Assembly (NCBI GenBank): GCA_951406725.2
Contig: OX597814.1
Span: 154,876,001-154,940,000 of the forward strand
Length of the DNA: 64,000 nt
Direction: 5' to 3'
Source: Octopus vulgaris
Taxonomy: Eukaryota
Shown: positions 53,256-64,000 of the stretch, piece by piece
Layout of the letters: every line of letters begins with the position of its first letter
Position numbering within the stretch: the stretch's first letter is position 1
Notes under the pieces: model-generated
Database searches by the model: none
What the model was told of the DNA's origin: nothing
Seen by the model: the letters and a program-made list of their open reading frames with translations, nothing else
Position numbers and translations under genes: made by a program

Positions 53256-55167
53256 TATATATATATATAAGTTTACCGGTGGTGTCTTCACAGTTTCGCA
53301 AGCCTGTTATTATTTAAGCATTCATGAATGGAACTACTCTAATCATGTGGATGTAAATTGGCAAAACATGTAAATAAGGGCTGGTGCCTTTCTTAGTCAG
53401 GGCTATCCTATTTCTGTGTGATTTCTTGATTGTCCCTTTATGGGGGCCTTCCCGTATTTAGAGAACTACATCACTCATGTCGTTACTTTTGTAGCATAGT
53501 ACGGTCAGGTGGCAAGCGCCAACGTAAATACGAAAAGTTTATGATCAAATGAGGTTTAAATGGATATGTGCCATTTGGTCGCCATGAAGGCTAAAGAGAT
53601 ATTCTGGAGCTGTGGGTGCAAAAAGGAAACAGCAAAAATTCAGTTTCTACACGCGTATCTGCAGGACGGTTTGTGGGCTTTCAACCAAAAAAATGAAAGG
53701 AGTGTAAAGAGTGGTAGAAATTGAAATAACAACAGGTCACAGAAGCTGATGTTCTGAGGACATAGTCACTTGTTGCTCTGGAAACGGTGGAATTGTCGAC
53801 AAATAGAAAGTCGACCAGGAATCATGAACCAAGAAACCAAATCTCGCCTCCTAGTTGTGTCATTCAGTTGTCTTACAACGAGGAGGAAGATATGGATTTC
53901 GAGAAGGGTGATAAACTGTCGAGATGGTCGAAAGAGGGATGGATTAAACAGTGAGAAAATAAAAAGCCCAAGCACGAGGCATATAAGACGCAAAAAGAGC
54001 TAATTTTAAGAGTCACTTTTCTTTGCAGTGATACAGAAGAAAAACGTTCACCTAAACAGTTTAACGTTAAAGCTGGAATATAACGATACATTTGCTACGA
54101 TCTTTGGATAGAGAGCCAGTACCAGACAACTCGAAAAGACAAATATTTGCTAATATCACGTGGGTGGTCTATGAATATATGGGGTACAATGACCCAGCAG
54201 AAGCAGAGGCATTTATTGTTCGGTAAACTAATAAATACTCAGTCACACTTTAGGAAATACTAATTCCACTACGAAGAGTGGAAGGACGTCGGAGCAGTGA
54301 AGTGACTTGATCGAGTCCAGGTGGGTGGATCATCATTATTTATTGTAGGAGAATTTATACATACATAATACATACACAAACACACGCTTGCACGCAAGCA
54401 CGTACGCACACACACACACGCATACACACACACACATATATGTATATATAATTATGTACAATATATATATACACATACAATATTCATCATCATCATCATC
54501 ATCGTTGTCATCGTCATCATAATTGTCGTTATCATTATTGTAAACCTAAGGTCAGAAGATAACCAAACAAGATTCCTGATAGCGATTTCATAGATGGCTG
54601 AATAAAGAGTACATAATTCCATACAAACTCAGGATTGTGAAAAAGGCAACTGAATATGAGACTGAATTTAGAGTGCTGTTTCTTTTTTTGTGGGAGTGGG
54701 GGGCATTTATTTACTGTAATATTCTTTTGAACCTATCTTGTAGATAGAAATATAAATTTAATAACTTTTGCATTTTTCTTTTAAATTATTTAATCGGAGG
54801 AAAGGGCATCATTTAAAAGAGACAGGAGGAAAGTAATTTGCAGTTCCTTCCAGACGTGATGTTCAGAAGAAAATGTGGAGAGAAAGGGGAAATCAACAGG
54901 GTTGCAGTTAAGCGTTGCAAGAAATTAAACGAGGAATTTAACGTACAAATTGAGGGTGATATATAGAAGAGAAGGGCTTGTGCGTCCCAGGAAGGAGGTG
55001 GCATGCAACTTGCTACTTCAGAGTAGGAGCCAGTCTAGTAGTGGGAGACGAGACAGAGAGAAACAGCATGTCTGAGTACGAATGGTTGGAAAACGTCGAA
55101 TATTTGCCAATCAGCCGTATAACCTATATTTGTCTAGCAGTCTAGGACATTTAAGTTTTTTGGCAAA

Positions 55168-55201
<34 letters not shown>

Positions 55202-55289
55202 ACTGTATATCCATGCTGTATATATGTGTGGCTGTGTTTGTGTGTGCATGCATGTATAAATATATATATATAATTGATTTTATTATATG

Positions 55290-55415
55290 ATCGAAAGCCA
55301 CGCATCCATTTCCAAGTAAGTTTTATCTTAATAATTCAGATGCGCCCTCTACACTCCCTATTCTCCCTCTATCGCTATTCTTCTTTCTTTCTGTTTTTCT
55401 TCTCCTCCCTATTCA

Positions 55416-55467
<52 letters not shown>

Positions 55468-55920
55468 CTTCATTCTTCCTCCTTGACTCTCTCGTTGTTC
55501 ACACGTAACTAGCGGCTATCGTTCTTTTTTCCTCTCGCTTCACAAGAGATAAGACCTATGTTTGCCTGTCTCTTGTCATAGCTCCTTTCTCCAGCGTTCG
55601 CCACTTCACCTCGTTGTAGCTTAACAGCCCTCACCATTTGTTTTTACTGTTTTGTTCTTATTGTCCTGTTTTTGTTACCACTTTAACTCTCTGCAAAATC
55701 CCAAATTTTATATAATTTGCTTTGTGGGAAGGACTGTTTCCACGAAGTTGCGTCTTGTCCCTACCTTTGAACGCGGGAACAACTGATGAAGGGGTTGTTC
55801 TTTATGTTGCCTGTCTCGTTTCTCTATTTGTTTCTTTGTTTGTCCAAAAAAGTTCGTTTTCCATGTTTTTGTTTATTTGTCTTCGTTTTTCATTTTGTTC
55901 ACCTTTGTTTACGTCCTGTA
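55290..55920 (+). mobile_element. Dispersed non-coding repeat family (pyrimidine-rich, Penelope-like); other copies at about 37650-38010 (+) and 29380-29935 (-)
   Basis: Shared blocks gcttaacagccct, aaaatcccaaattttat.taatttgcttt and actgatgaagg in all three copies; gccacgcatcc..ttccaagtaagttttatctta also occurs at 29101. Confidence 0.7.
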
Positions 55921-57049
55921 TATGCATGTATGTGTGTGTGTGTGTGTGTGTAAGTATGTGCATATATGTATATATGCACATATATATTATTGATTTTATT
56001 ATATATATGTATGTATAGATAGATAGATACACACACACATACATGCATACGTATATACACATATACATACAGCTTGGATTATAAACCTATCTACATAGTG
56101 TGTATGTGTCTGTAATATTGGACTTGGTACAAGACTAGATTTAATATTCTAGATATTGTCTTGCTGTTGAACGAGTCTGGGTTACCATTTCTATCAGAGG
56201 ATATTGACTATGTCTCTGTTCATGGAACTTGTGCTTGACTGACCTGGTGTGTATAATGTGTATATAAACCATACATATTCGCGGAAAGCTCGGGTGGGAT
56301 TTTGTGTGATTTCGTGTAAGTAGAATAGTGTGAAAAAAAGTCGATCGTTCATGTACTCAAAGATTGGGAAAGACATAATCGAAGTTTTATGAAGAGCAGT
56401 ATTGATTTGGGTATGATGACTTTTGTAGATGTATACATTCCAATGGTGCATACAGCGATTTGAATGGAATGGAGATCATAGGCGAGTTACGTAAGCATAT
56501 TCTCACCCCTACTTCTTTCTCTCTATATATGCAATGGTGGTAGTGGTGGCAGTCGATCTTCATATCAAGCCAAGGAAACTAAGTTTCCATTGATTTTTCA
56601 ATTCGCTGATATTATCTGTCACCTGTAACACTAACCAGAAGTGTCACTATTTTTGGCCACGAGTGTTGGGTTGAGATTGGGACACTGACCTAGACTTGAT
56701 GTTATTGATCCTAGAAGGACGAAAGGCAAAGCTGACCACACGGAATATAAACTCAGCGCACAAAGAGTCGGCTCTAAATACCACTTGGTATATCAAACAC
56801 TCTAACATCTTTATCAATTCACCATATAAATGCGCGTGTATGGTGTAAAGAATGCATTTCTTTTCGTATATAAAAGAAAAAAGTCTCCATTATTATTTGC
56901 AAGAGTCGCGCAGAGCGTCGTTTGTATGTATATTTAATGTGTATGTTTCCTTATTTTCATCTGTATCATAGTTTCGCGCGTCCATCCATTTGGACTCTGA
57001 GGCATTCAGAGGACTTTCATAGCGCAAGGTCATTTTCTGAACCAAAAAT

Positions 57050-57900
57050 GTAGATAATTTACTTAAAGATTACAAAGGCAACTTTACCAACGGGTTAAAA
57101 CGGAGCCAATTAAACAATCAACATTGCACAAAGTAAACCAGGCTACATCACATACACAAAAATTATAAAATTATACACAGAAAATCACCACCGGTATAAT
57201 AAATTAGTTTACAAATATTAAGTTTAAAGGCCGATTAAAACATATCCTATTTAACGTCATAAAATTTAACCCATCTATTACCAAAACCTCTTCTATAAAG
57301 CCCCGCAATTCGAATCCAATTACAGTCTACAAAGTGTATGATTCTATCGGCATTTACTTTTATTTAATCACAAAGAATGCTGGGTCTAGAAAATCCTATA
57401 GAAGTGTTCAACATATCCTTGGTTAGCTACGAAAGTACAGAGTGGGCGATGTCGTGGAGTCTATTTTCTTTTTAGAGAACAATGTAATCAGTAATGAATA
57501 TAACAAGACTAAAGAGGGAAAACAGCCAAATGGATTTTAGAATATAGAGCGAGGAGAAGACAAATGATACATTCGGGAAACAGATATTAACCTTTATCAA
57601 AAAGTTTTAATTAAGATATCAAAAACTAACCCAGTATCTACCGACATTTAGAATACCAGAATGAAGATTATCCCAAGTTTCTAAGAAGCGCAAATAAAAT
57701 CTAACACTCGTACATACATATATTCAAATTCAAACTGTCCATCAAATTTTATAAACCAAATTGTTATAGAAATTTGCAAACGTAAAATCAATCTTATATA
57801 AATCAAGTAAAACTGCTGTATAATATGATTATATGACTATCTCTGCTAAAAGTCCATATATAATAAGAATAGATATATCGATATATGTTACAAAACAGTT
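57050..57900 (+). mobile_element. Decayed Penelope-like reverse transcriptase region
   Basis: Remnants LLFNHKECWV, VFNISLVSYESTE and SNSNCPSNFINQI resemble the PLE motifs LLF...W.K, FDVTMGSYDGAE and SNHPPSII.QI. Confidence 0.55.
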
Positions 57901-58012
57901 AATTGACGCATTTAGAAGTTGCTTTATTTCATTTCTAAGTAATACTAAATATATATTTTCAAGTATTTTAGACTTAAGTCCCTTTTGCTAAAGCATTTCG
58001 GTAAAAGATTTC

Positions 58013-58043
<31 letters not shown>

Positions 58044-58054
58044 TCACACATGAA

Positions 58055-58101
<47 letters not shown>

Positions 58102-58128
58102 GTGAAGATTTTATGAACAAACTCCTGC

Positions 58129-58175
<47 letters not shown>

Positions 58176-58177
58176 CA

Positions 58178-58802
58178 AATTTGTCGTTGAAAATGCACCT
58201 AAATTTGAAAAATGTTGCAATTGTTTTTAAATGAATTTATTTATATATATACCAAACTAGTTTCAACAATATTCTTTGTTTATCAATGGTAATAATTTTA
58301 GATTATGAATTAGAAAAACATGTTTAAAAGTTTCAACGTTTACAAGTTTTAATAATATGAAATATGTTTTAAACTTTTATAACATTTTATAATATAAAAA
58401 AATGTGGATCATCTTAAATGCACAAAATTCAATAGCGTTAGTAGTGATTGATAAATAACGGGGATCATCAAAGATTCCCTCCATTCCTCCCTCTTAACTC
58501 ACTATGACCATAACTTTGATGATCAACATTTTTTATCGCTCACTACAAACACTATTGAATTTTGTACATTTAAACAAGATGATCCACATTTTTGTATTTT
58601 ATAAAATGTTATAAACGTTTAAAACATACTTCATATTATTAAAACTTGTAAAGATTGAAACTTGTAAACATGTTTTTCTAATTCATAATCTAAAATTATT
58701 ACCATTGATAAACGAAAAATATTGTTGAAACTAGTTTGGTATATATATAAATAAATTCATTTAAAAAAAAATTACAACATTTTTCAGACTTTTCAACAAC
58801 AA

Positions 58803-58806
<4 letters not shown>
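58178..58806. mobile_element. Long inverted repeat (arms about 300 bp, loop about 40 nt) between microsatellites, with a decayed hammerhead
   Basis: The arms pair from aaatttgtcgttgaaaa / ttttcaacaacaaattt inward to gatcatcaaag / ctttgatgatc. The right arm has tacca-TTGATAA-...-GAAA-ctag-TT-tggta (58700-58741). Confidence 0.75.
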
Positions 58807-58872
<66 letters not shown>

Positions 58873-59013
58873 TAAGAAGCTTGCTTACCGACCATATGGT
58901 TCCGGGTTCAGTTCCAAGGCATGGCAACTTGGGCAAGTGTCTTCTACTGTTGCCTCGGGCCAACCAAAGCCTTGTGAGTAGATTTGGTAGACAGAAACTG
59001 AAGCAAGCCCTTC

Positions 59014-59060
<47 letters not shown>

Positions 59061-59064
<4 letters not shown>

Positions 59065-60538
59065 GTGTTCCAAGAGAATGTAAACAAACATCGAATGATT
59101 ATAAGATCAGAGTTATTAAAATACATTAAATTTTCCAAATTTAATAAAATCTACTGTTTTCAAACTTGGACCAGGCACTGCTGAAAACGCGAAGTAATAG
59201 AAGTACAAACATCAACAATCCTTTTCTTCGGTATTTGTGCACATTCTCGTTCAATGGCTGTCTTCAGTTAGTCGACTGTTGCTGGCTTTGTACCATAAAC
59301 TTTATCGTTTAAGTATCTCTCTCTATATAAACGGCAGTTTGTCTGTGCGTTTTCTGTGTGTCTGTTTTCTCGTACCCTCACTCTGACCACGGCTTTCAAC
59401 CGATTCTGATGAAACTTGACACACACATAGCCCAATGTCATAATTCAAAACTAACGCAGCGAAAATTTTGAAAAGTTCCCCCACTTCTGAAAAAGATCGA
59501 TAAATTCGACATGGGGTCGAGAATCTGAAACCCAAACCACAGACCGTCTAGGGGACGCAACTCCACCTTTTTTATCCCTCAAAAAAAATTTACCATCATT
59601 TTTTTTCCATTTTTTTGCTATTTTTTGGCTATAACTCTCTAAAAATGCTTTATAGTTATTTCCCTTACAAACCTGAGCAACGCCGGGCGATACTGCTAGT
59701 TCTCCATAAAACTAAGTCTAATGGTGTGAGGTCTGGTAAACACAAAGGATATTCTACTGAGTCTCTTCCTATCTTCAAGTTCCATACACTACTATGTTAC
59801 TGTGGTAATGTAGCGGTGTCCAATCTTGTTGGGAATAAAATTTCACATATTCAAAATTCTCTTGAATACTTCGTATAACGGATTCTTGCAACAAATTCAG
59901 TGCTGTTGAAAAATGAATGGTCCATTTAACCCTTGTGATAAGCTGCACCATAGTGTAACCCTAGTAAATTAACCTGCTGTTTCTCTGTTATATGGGATTT
60001 TTCAGGAACCTAGTAGATGCAACTGTGATAGTTAATTGAGATATATGTAGCTTCATCACTCCAAGCGATATTTGCTGGAAAGAGTTAATCTATACACTTT
60101 GTCCAGTGCTAGTAGGCTCCACTCTATGGTATGCATCATCTTCATAGAGAGCGTGGCCCATTCTTGTAATGTAACATTTCCAATGATAGTGCTTCAAAAT
60201 GTGCTAGATGCTTGATAATGAAATTTCCTTCACACGATTCACTTGCCGCAAGATTTTCTTGAGCTTATCGATATCCGCGGTCTTCTGGAGTGTTTCCTGC
60301 GAACATTCTGAATGATTTTATCTGCTTCAAACCTACCTCTAATTCAAGCGACGATAAGTTGAGTCGGTAAAACTGTTTGAAATTCCTTTGTAAATTTTTT
60401 TGCAGATCGGTTGCGTTTGTAAACTTCCAGTAGCATTTTGGGAAAGATTTTCTGTTTCTTCAAAACTATGGGTATCTTCTTTACTTCAAATGGATTTATC
60501 AGCTGTTAAAGTGTGTATTCATTTTTGAGGGCACTCTG
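59061..60538 (-). mobile_element. Decayed Tc1/mariner element (DD41D/rosa-like motifs)
   Basis: Imperfect TIRs ta-cagagtgttcc... / ...gggcactctg-ta. Minus-strand remnants IAWSDEAT, QQDWTPLHY and PDLTPLD are present with many stops and frameshifts. Confidence 0.7.
59316..59699 (+). mobile_element. Non-autonomous Helitron, copy 2, nested in a Tc1/mariner element
   Basis: Same termini and hairpin as copy 1. Removing it rejoins the host at A|T and restores the transposase-like segment PDLTPLDLVLW...DKVYGTKP on the minus strand. Confidence 0.82.
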
Positions 60539-60727
60539 TATATATCTGTGTATGCATCTCTGTCTCTCTCTGTTTCTCTCTATCTGTCTATCTATCTATA
60601 CATATATATATATATATAACGCAGGATAATGATAATAATATAGCATGGACATGATAAACTACCCATATTTTGCAGAAAAATGTGTCAACGCTTCTAAAGC
60701 AAACTTTGTTACTTTCATCATAATTTG

Positions 60728-60824
<97 letters not shown>

Positions 60825-61743
60825 GGGGGGTATACACATATTATATATACATACATACATGTGTACGTAAATACATGTATATATACATACATACATACGT
60901 ATATATATATATATATGTTACTGTTAAAGAGCATTCATTTATGTTGAAGATAAGAAGAAAGTATGTTAAAAACTTTGAAGTAATGAATGAACGATTAAAA
61001 CTCTTGAAACTACGGAATAAATTGGACCCAAATTACTGTTGTAATGTAGTCACAGCATATGACTATTATTATTCTAAAATCGTCACTTCAGATATTCAAT
61101 TTTTGTGTAATTAATTATCTTATCTAGAATATTCTTTACAATATTCTTTATGATATTTATTTTATCAGTAATTACTTCAAAGCGTTTACATGATTAATGC
61201 TATTCTATAAGACAGCCTACAAAGTATTATGCCTGAAACATATAAGCAATGGAGGAAATTAGATAGAACTGCTAGCTTAATTTCTTAGTATGATTTAAAA
61301 AAAATTTTTTTTTAAATGACTTGGCCACCGAGATAGGAAGTTCATATTATCATTGTTAGCATAAAAAAAAAACCACCATTCAATTCAACTAGTAATTTTT
61401 TGTTGTTGTTTTTTTTTTTTTTTTTTTTGTTTTCTTAAATTGTGCACTAACAGTTTCCGCCTAACGTAACTGCTATAAATCTAATTGAAGAAATGGTGTG
61501 AAATTCTTGTATTCAAAATACAACTAATTTCAGATTTTTATCATGTAATATGAGCAGACTTAAAATATAAGGTTCAACTACCATCCAGTTATTTATATCT
61601 AGTGAGTGTATAAACAAGAACAAATATCTACTTGAAAATCGATCCGTCAATTTACTGTTAAATGTGCTCAGCAGCGTATTTATGTACATATATATTCAAA
61701 TATATATTCAAATATTTTATTTAGGTATCTATTAACTTATTAT

Positions 61744-61797
<54 letters not shown>

Positions 61798-61935
61798 GGT
61801 ATGTAGAAAAATACAACATGGACAAGAACGTATAACTCTTAGAAGACGATACAATAAACACGGACAGGACATTCGAAACCCTCAGTCTTCAGTCAAGAAC
61901 CGGATCATCGTAGTAATTTCGGCTGATTAATCTTG

Positions 61936-61969
<34 letters not shown>

Positions 61970-64000
61970 TTGTATATATTTTTTATCCTGTTTACTACTA
62001 TGTTGTTCAGTCTTTTTCCCTTAGCCTTTTTCTCTCCATCACTTGTCACCTCTTCCTTTTGTCCTTCTCTCCATCACTTGCTTGCTTACTTTCAACTTTC
62101 TTCTCTAAATACTTATGAATTAACTCGCCATATGTCTAACATCCTATAATAGGATGCAATAAATTCCCTTAATGATCTATTGCAGTTAGGCATCCAAATG
62201 GTCTTGGAACATCCAGTGTTGAGTTCTAAATAACTGCAGTGGTGAAATTACACGGCTTAAAATATAAGGGTTGATATGCAAACAGACGAAAAAATCAGAA
62301 TACAAAAAACTTTAAAGTCTGAAAGCTCAGAATAACAAATTCTGAAATGCTTTAAGACAAAAAAAATATTATTATAAATATTTGTATTGGTATTTATTAT
62401 TTATGTAAGTATACACACACACACACACACTATAATTTATATATATATATATGTATATATATATGTACATATATATACATATACATACATATACATATAC
62501 ATATACATACACTCACATACACAAATATACACACACATACTTGGAGTTATTTCATTGAAGTTTTATTCGGGCAAAATAAATATATGAAAAGTTTACCTTT
62601 GCAAAGGCCTGCAAAAAATTATGAAGATTATGCTTCAAGATTATGCTTAATTTTCAACCAATTTTTAGTCAATATACTGTAAAATATCAAGTGTTAACAT
62701 TTTGACTCCCGTTTGTCATTTGCTTGAATGTCACTCACTAGACGTTTTTCTGTGTATTTACCGTCCAATTTTAAATATTACAAAATTGCTGTTAACAACA
62801 GTATCGACGTTCCTTTGTGTATTTACCATCCAATTTTAAGTATTACAAGATTACTGTTAACAACAGTATCAGCTTATCAAACGGCTGAACTTATTTAGTA
62901 ATCAATATGTAAAATGCATAAAAGTGAGTGAAACAATTTAATTATGATCGTAAGATTGAGTCAAACACATAATGAATTCAACCATTTTGATGATGTTTGG
63001 TTTATCGAAAAGATATAAACACAAGGGGATTTTATTTGTAGGGAATGGCAATCAGATTTTATGTTTCATATTTTCTCGAGAGAATTAACGACAAAGAAGA
63101 GTAAATGCATGTAGCAAGGACCGTAAAGATATTGCTTTGTCAGTTTGTTTGAGAGGGAGACTATTTGTGCTGCATAGCAATTTCAACCACTCTTAGTGAA
63201 ACAAACAAATCATTTCTCTGATTTCTTTATTCGTAGTATGGTCACGCCAAGAAATTCTTAGTATGATCCTAAAGCAACGACTGTGGAAGACATCTGCAAT
63301 TGATTGTGCTTGTCTTATTCCTCGTCTTGCGGGCATTAGTCATCGTCAGTACAACGATTTTGATTTATATAGATGAAGTTTGGTGCCTCGGTTGATAGTC
63401 TGGTGTGCTTTATGACTTGTGAGAGATTTATCTACAATTTTTAGCTGACCGAGCAACTACATAGAGAGGCTACACGTTTGGCTTTTCAAATTGATACTTG
63501 TGCTTTTTGTTTCTTAGTCCCTAACTCAGTCGTCGTTTACTGTCCTTGCTACATGCATTTATTCTTCTTTACCTTGAGAAAATGAGACAATTCTTTTGAG
63601 ACAATTCCCTTGAGAAAATGAGACAAAAATCTGATTGCCCCTCCCTGCAAATAAAATTCCCCTGTGTTATAGCTTTTCGATAAACCAAAGCCATTCCATT
63701 CTACCCTCCAGCTTTGCTCTGCAGTCATCCTAATTCGTTTCATGATGATGGGTTTTGGTTCAAGTAAAATTTTGGAGCTACTTCTAGCAGATCATACGAG
63801 CGATGCACCATTGCATCATTCTTCGTCCAGGAATGCTCCATATAGATCGCTTCTTGGCTCATTTTATTAAAATCAGTGTAATACATTTCTAACTTGCATT
63901 TTGATCTCCAGCTTTTCATATCTTTTATATGATGTCAATACAATGATTCTCGTAACTTTCGAGAATAGAAGTAATGTGTATATGTTTTTGATATCTCACT

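Noticed and set aside
53330-54330. Purine-rich plus-strand block with short ORFs
   Set aside because: Probably an old LINE relic, but no motif was clear enough to assign.
62751-62870. Two copies of a 55-bp sequence with a 65-bp period
   Set aside because: An ordinary local tandem duplication with no further structure.

Overview
AT-rich, microsatellite-dense metazoan DNA whose repeat families point to an octopus (coleoid cephalopod) genome; the species call is inferred, not verified. Only one host coding segment is supported. It is the first coding exon (46944-47361, minus strand) of a Prrx-class paired-like homeobox gene, with the eh1 motif NFSVSHILDLQE, a Gln/His tract of about 45 residues and a phase-1 GTAAGT donor. 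No homeodomain exon was found, so bases 1-46943 are probably one very large intron. The rest is transposon-derived: three or more tRNA-headed SINE families, mariner (DD34D), maT-like (DD37D) and DD41D-like Tc1/mariner relics, two copies of a non-autonomous Helitron, decayed RTE, CR1/L2, R4/Dong and Penelope fragments, and simple repeats. Four observations stand out. (1) Two identical, intact type I hammerhead ribozymes lie exactly 480 nt apart in a tandem repeat (26274-27075), a retrozyme or Penelope pLTR arrangement that could release a circularisable 480-nt RNA; several other hammerhead variants occur elsewhere in the window. (2) An A-R-A-R-A array interleaves a 28S rRNA fragment with a SINE 5' end (12507-13446). 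(3) Near-perfect fold-back palindromes are built from retroelement ends (40813-41226, 50858-50976). (4) Several long inverted repeats could form dsRNA. Boundaries of decayed repeats are approximate, and family names come from motif recognition, not database searches.
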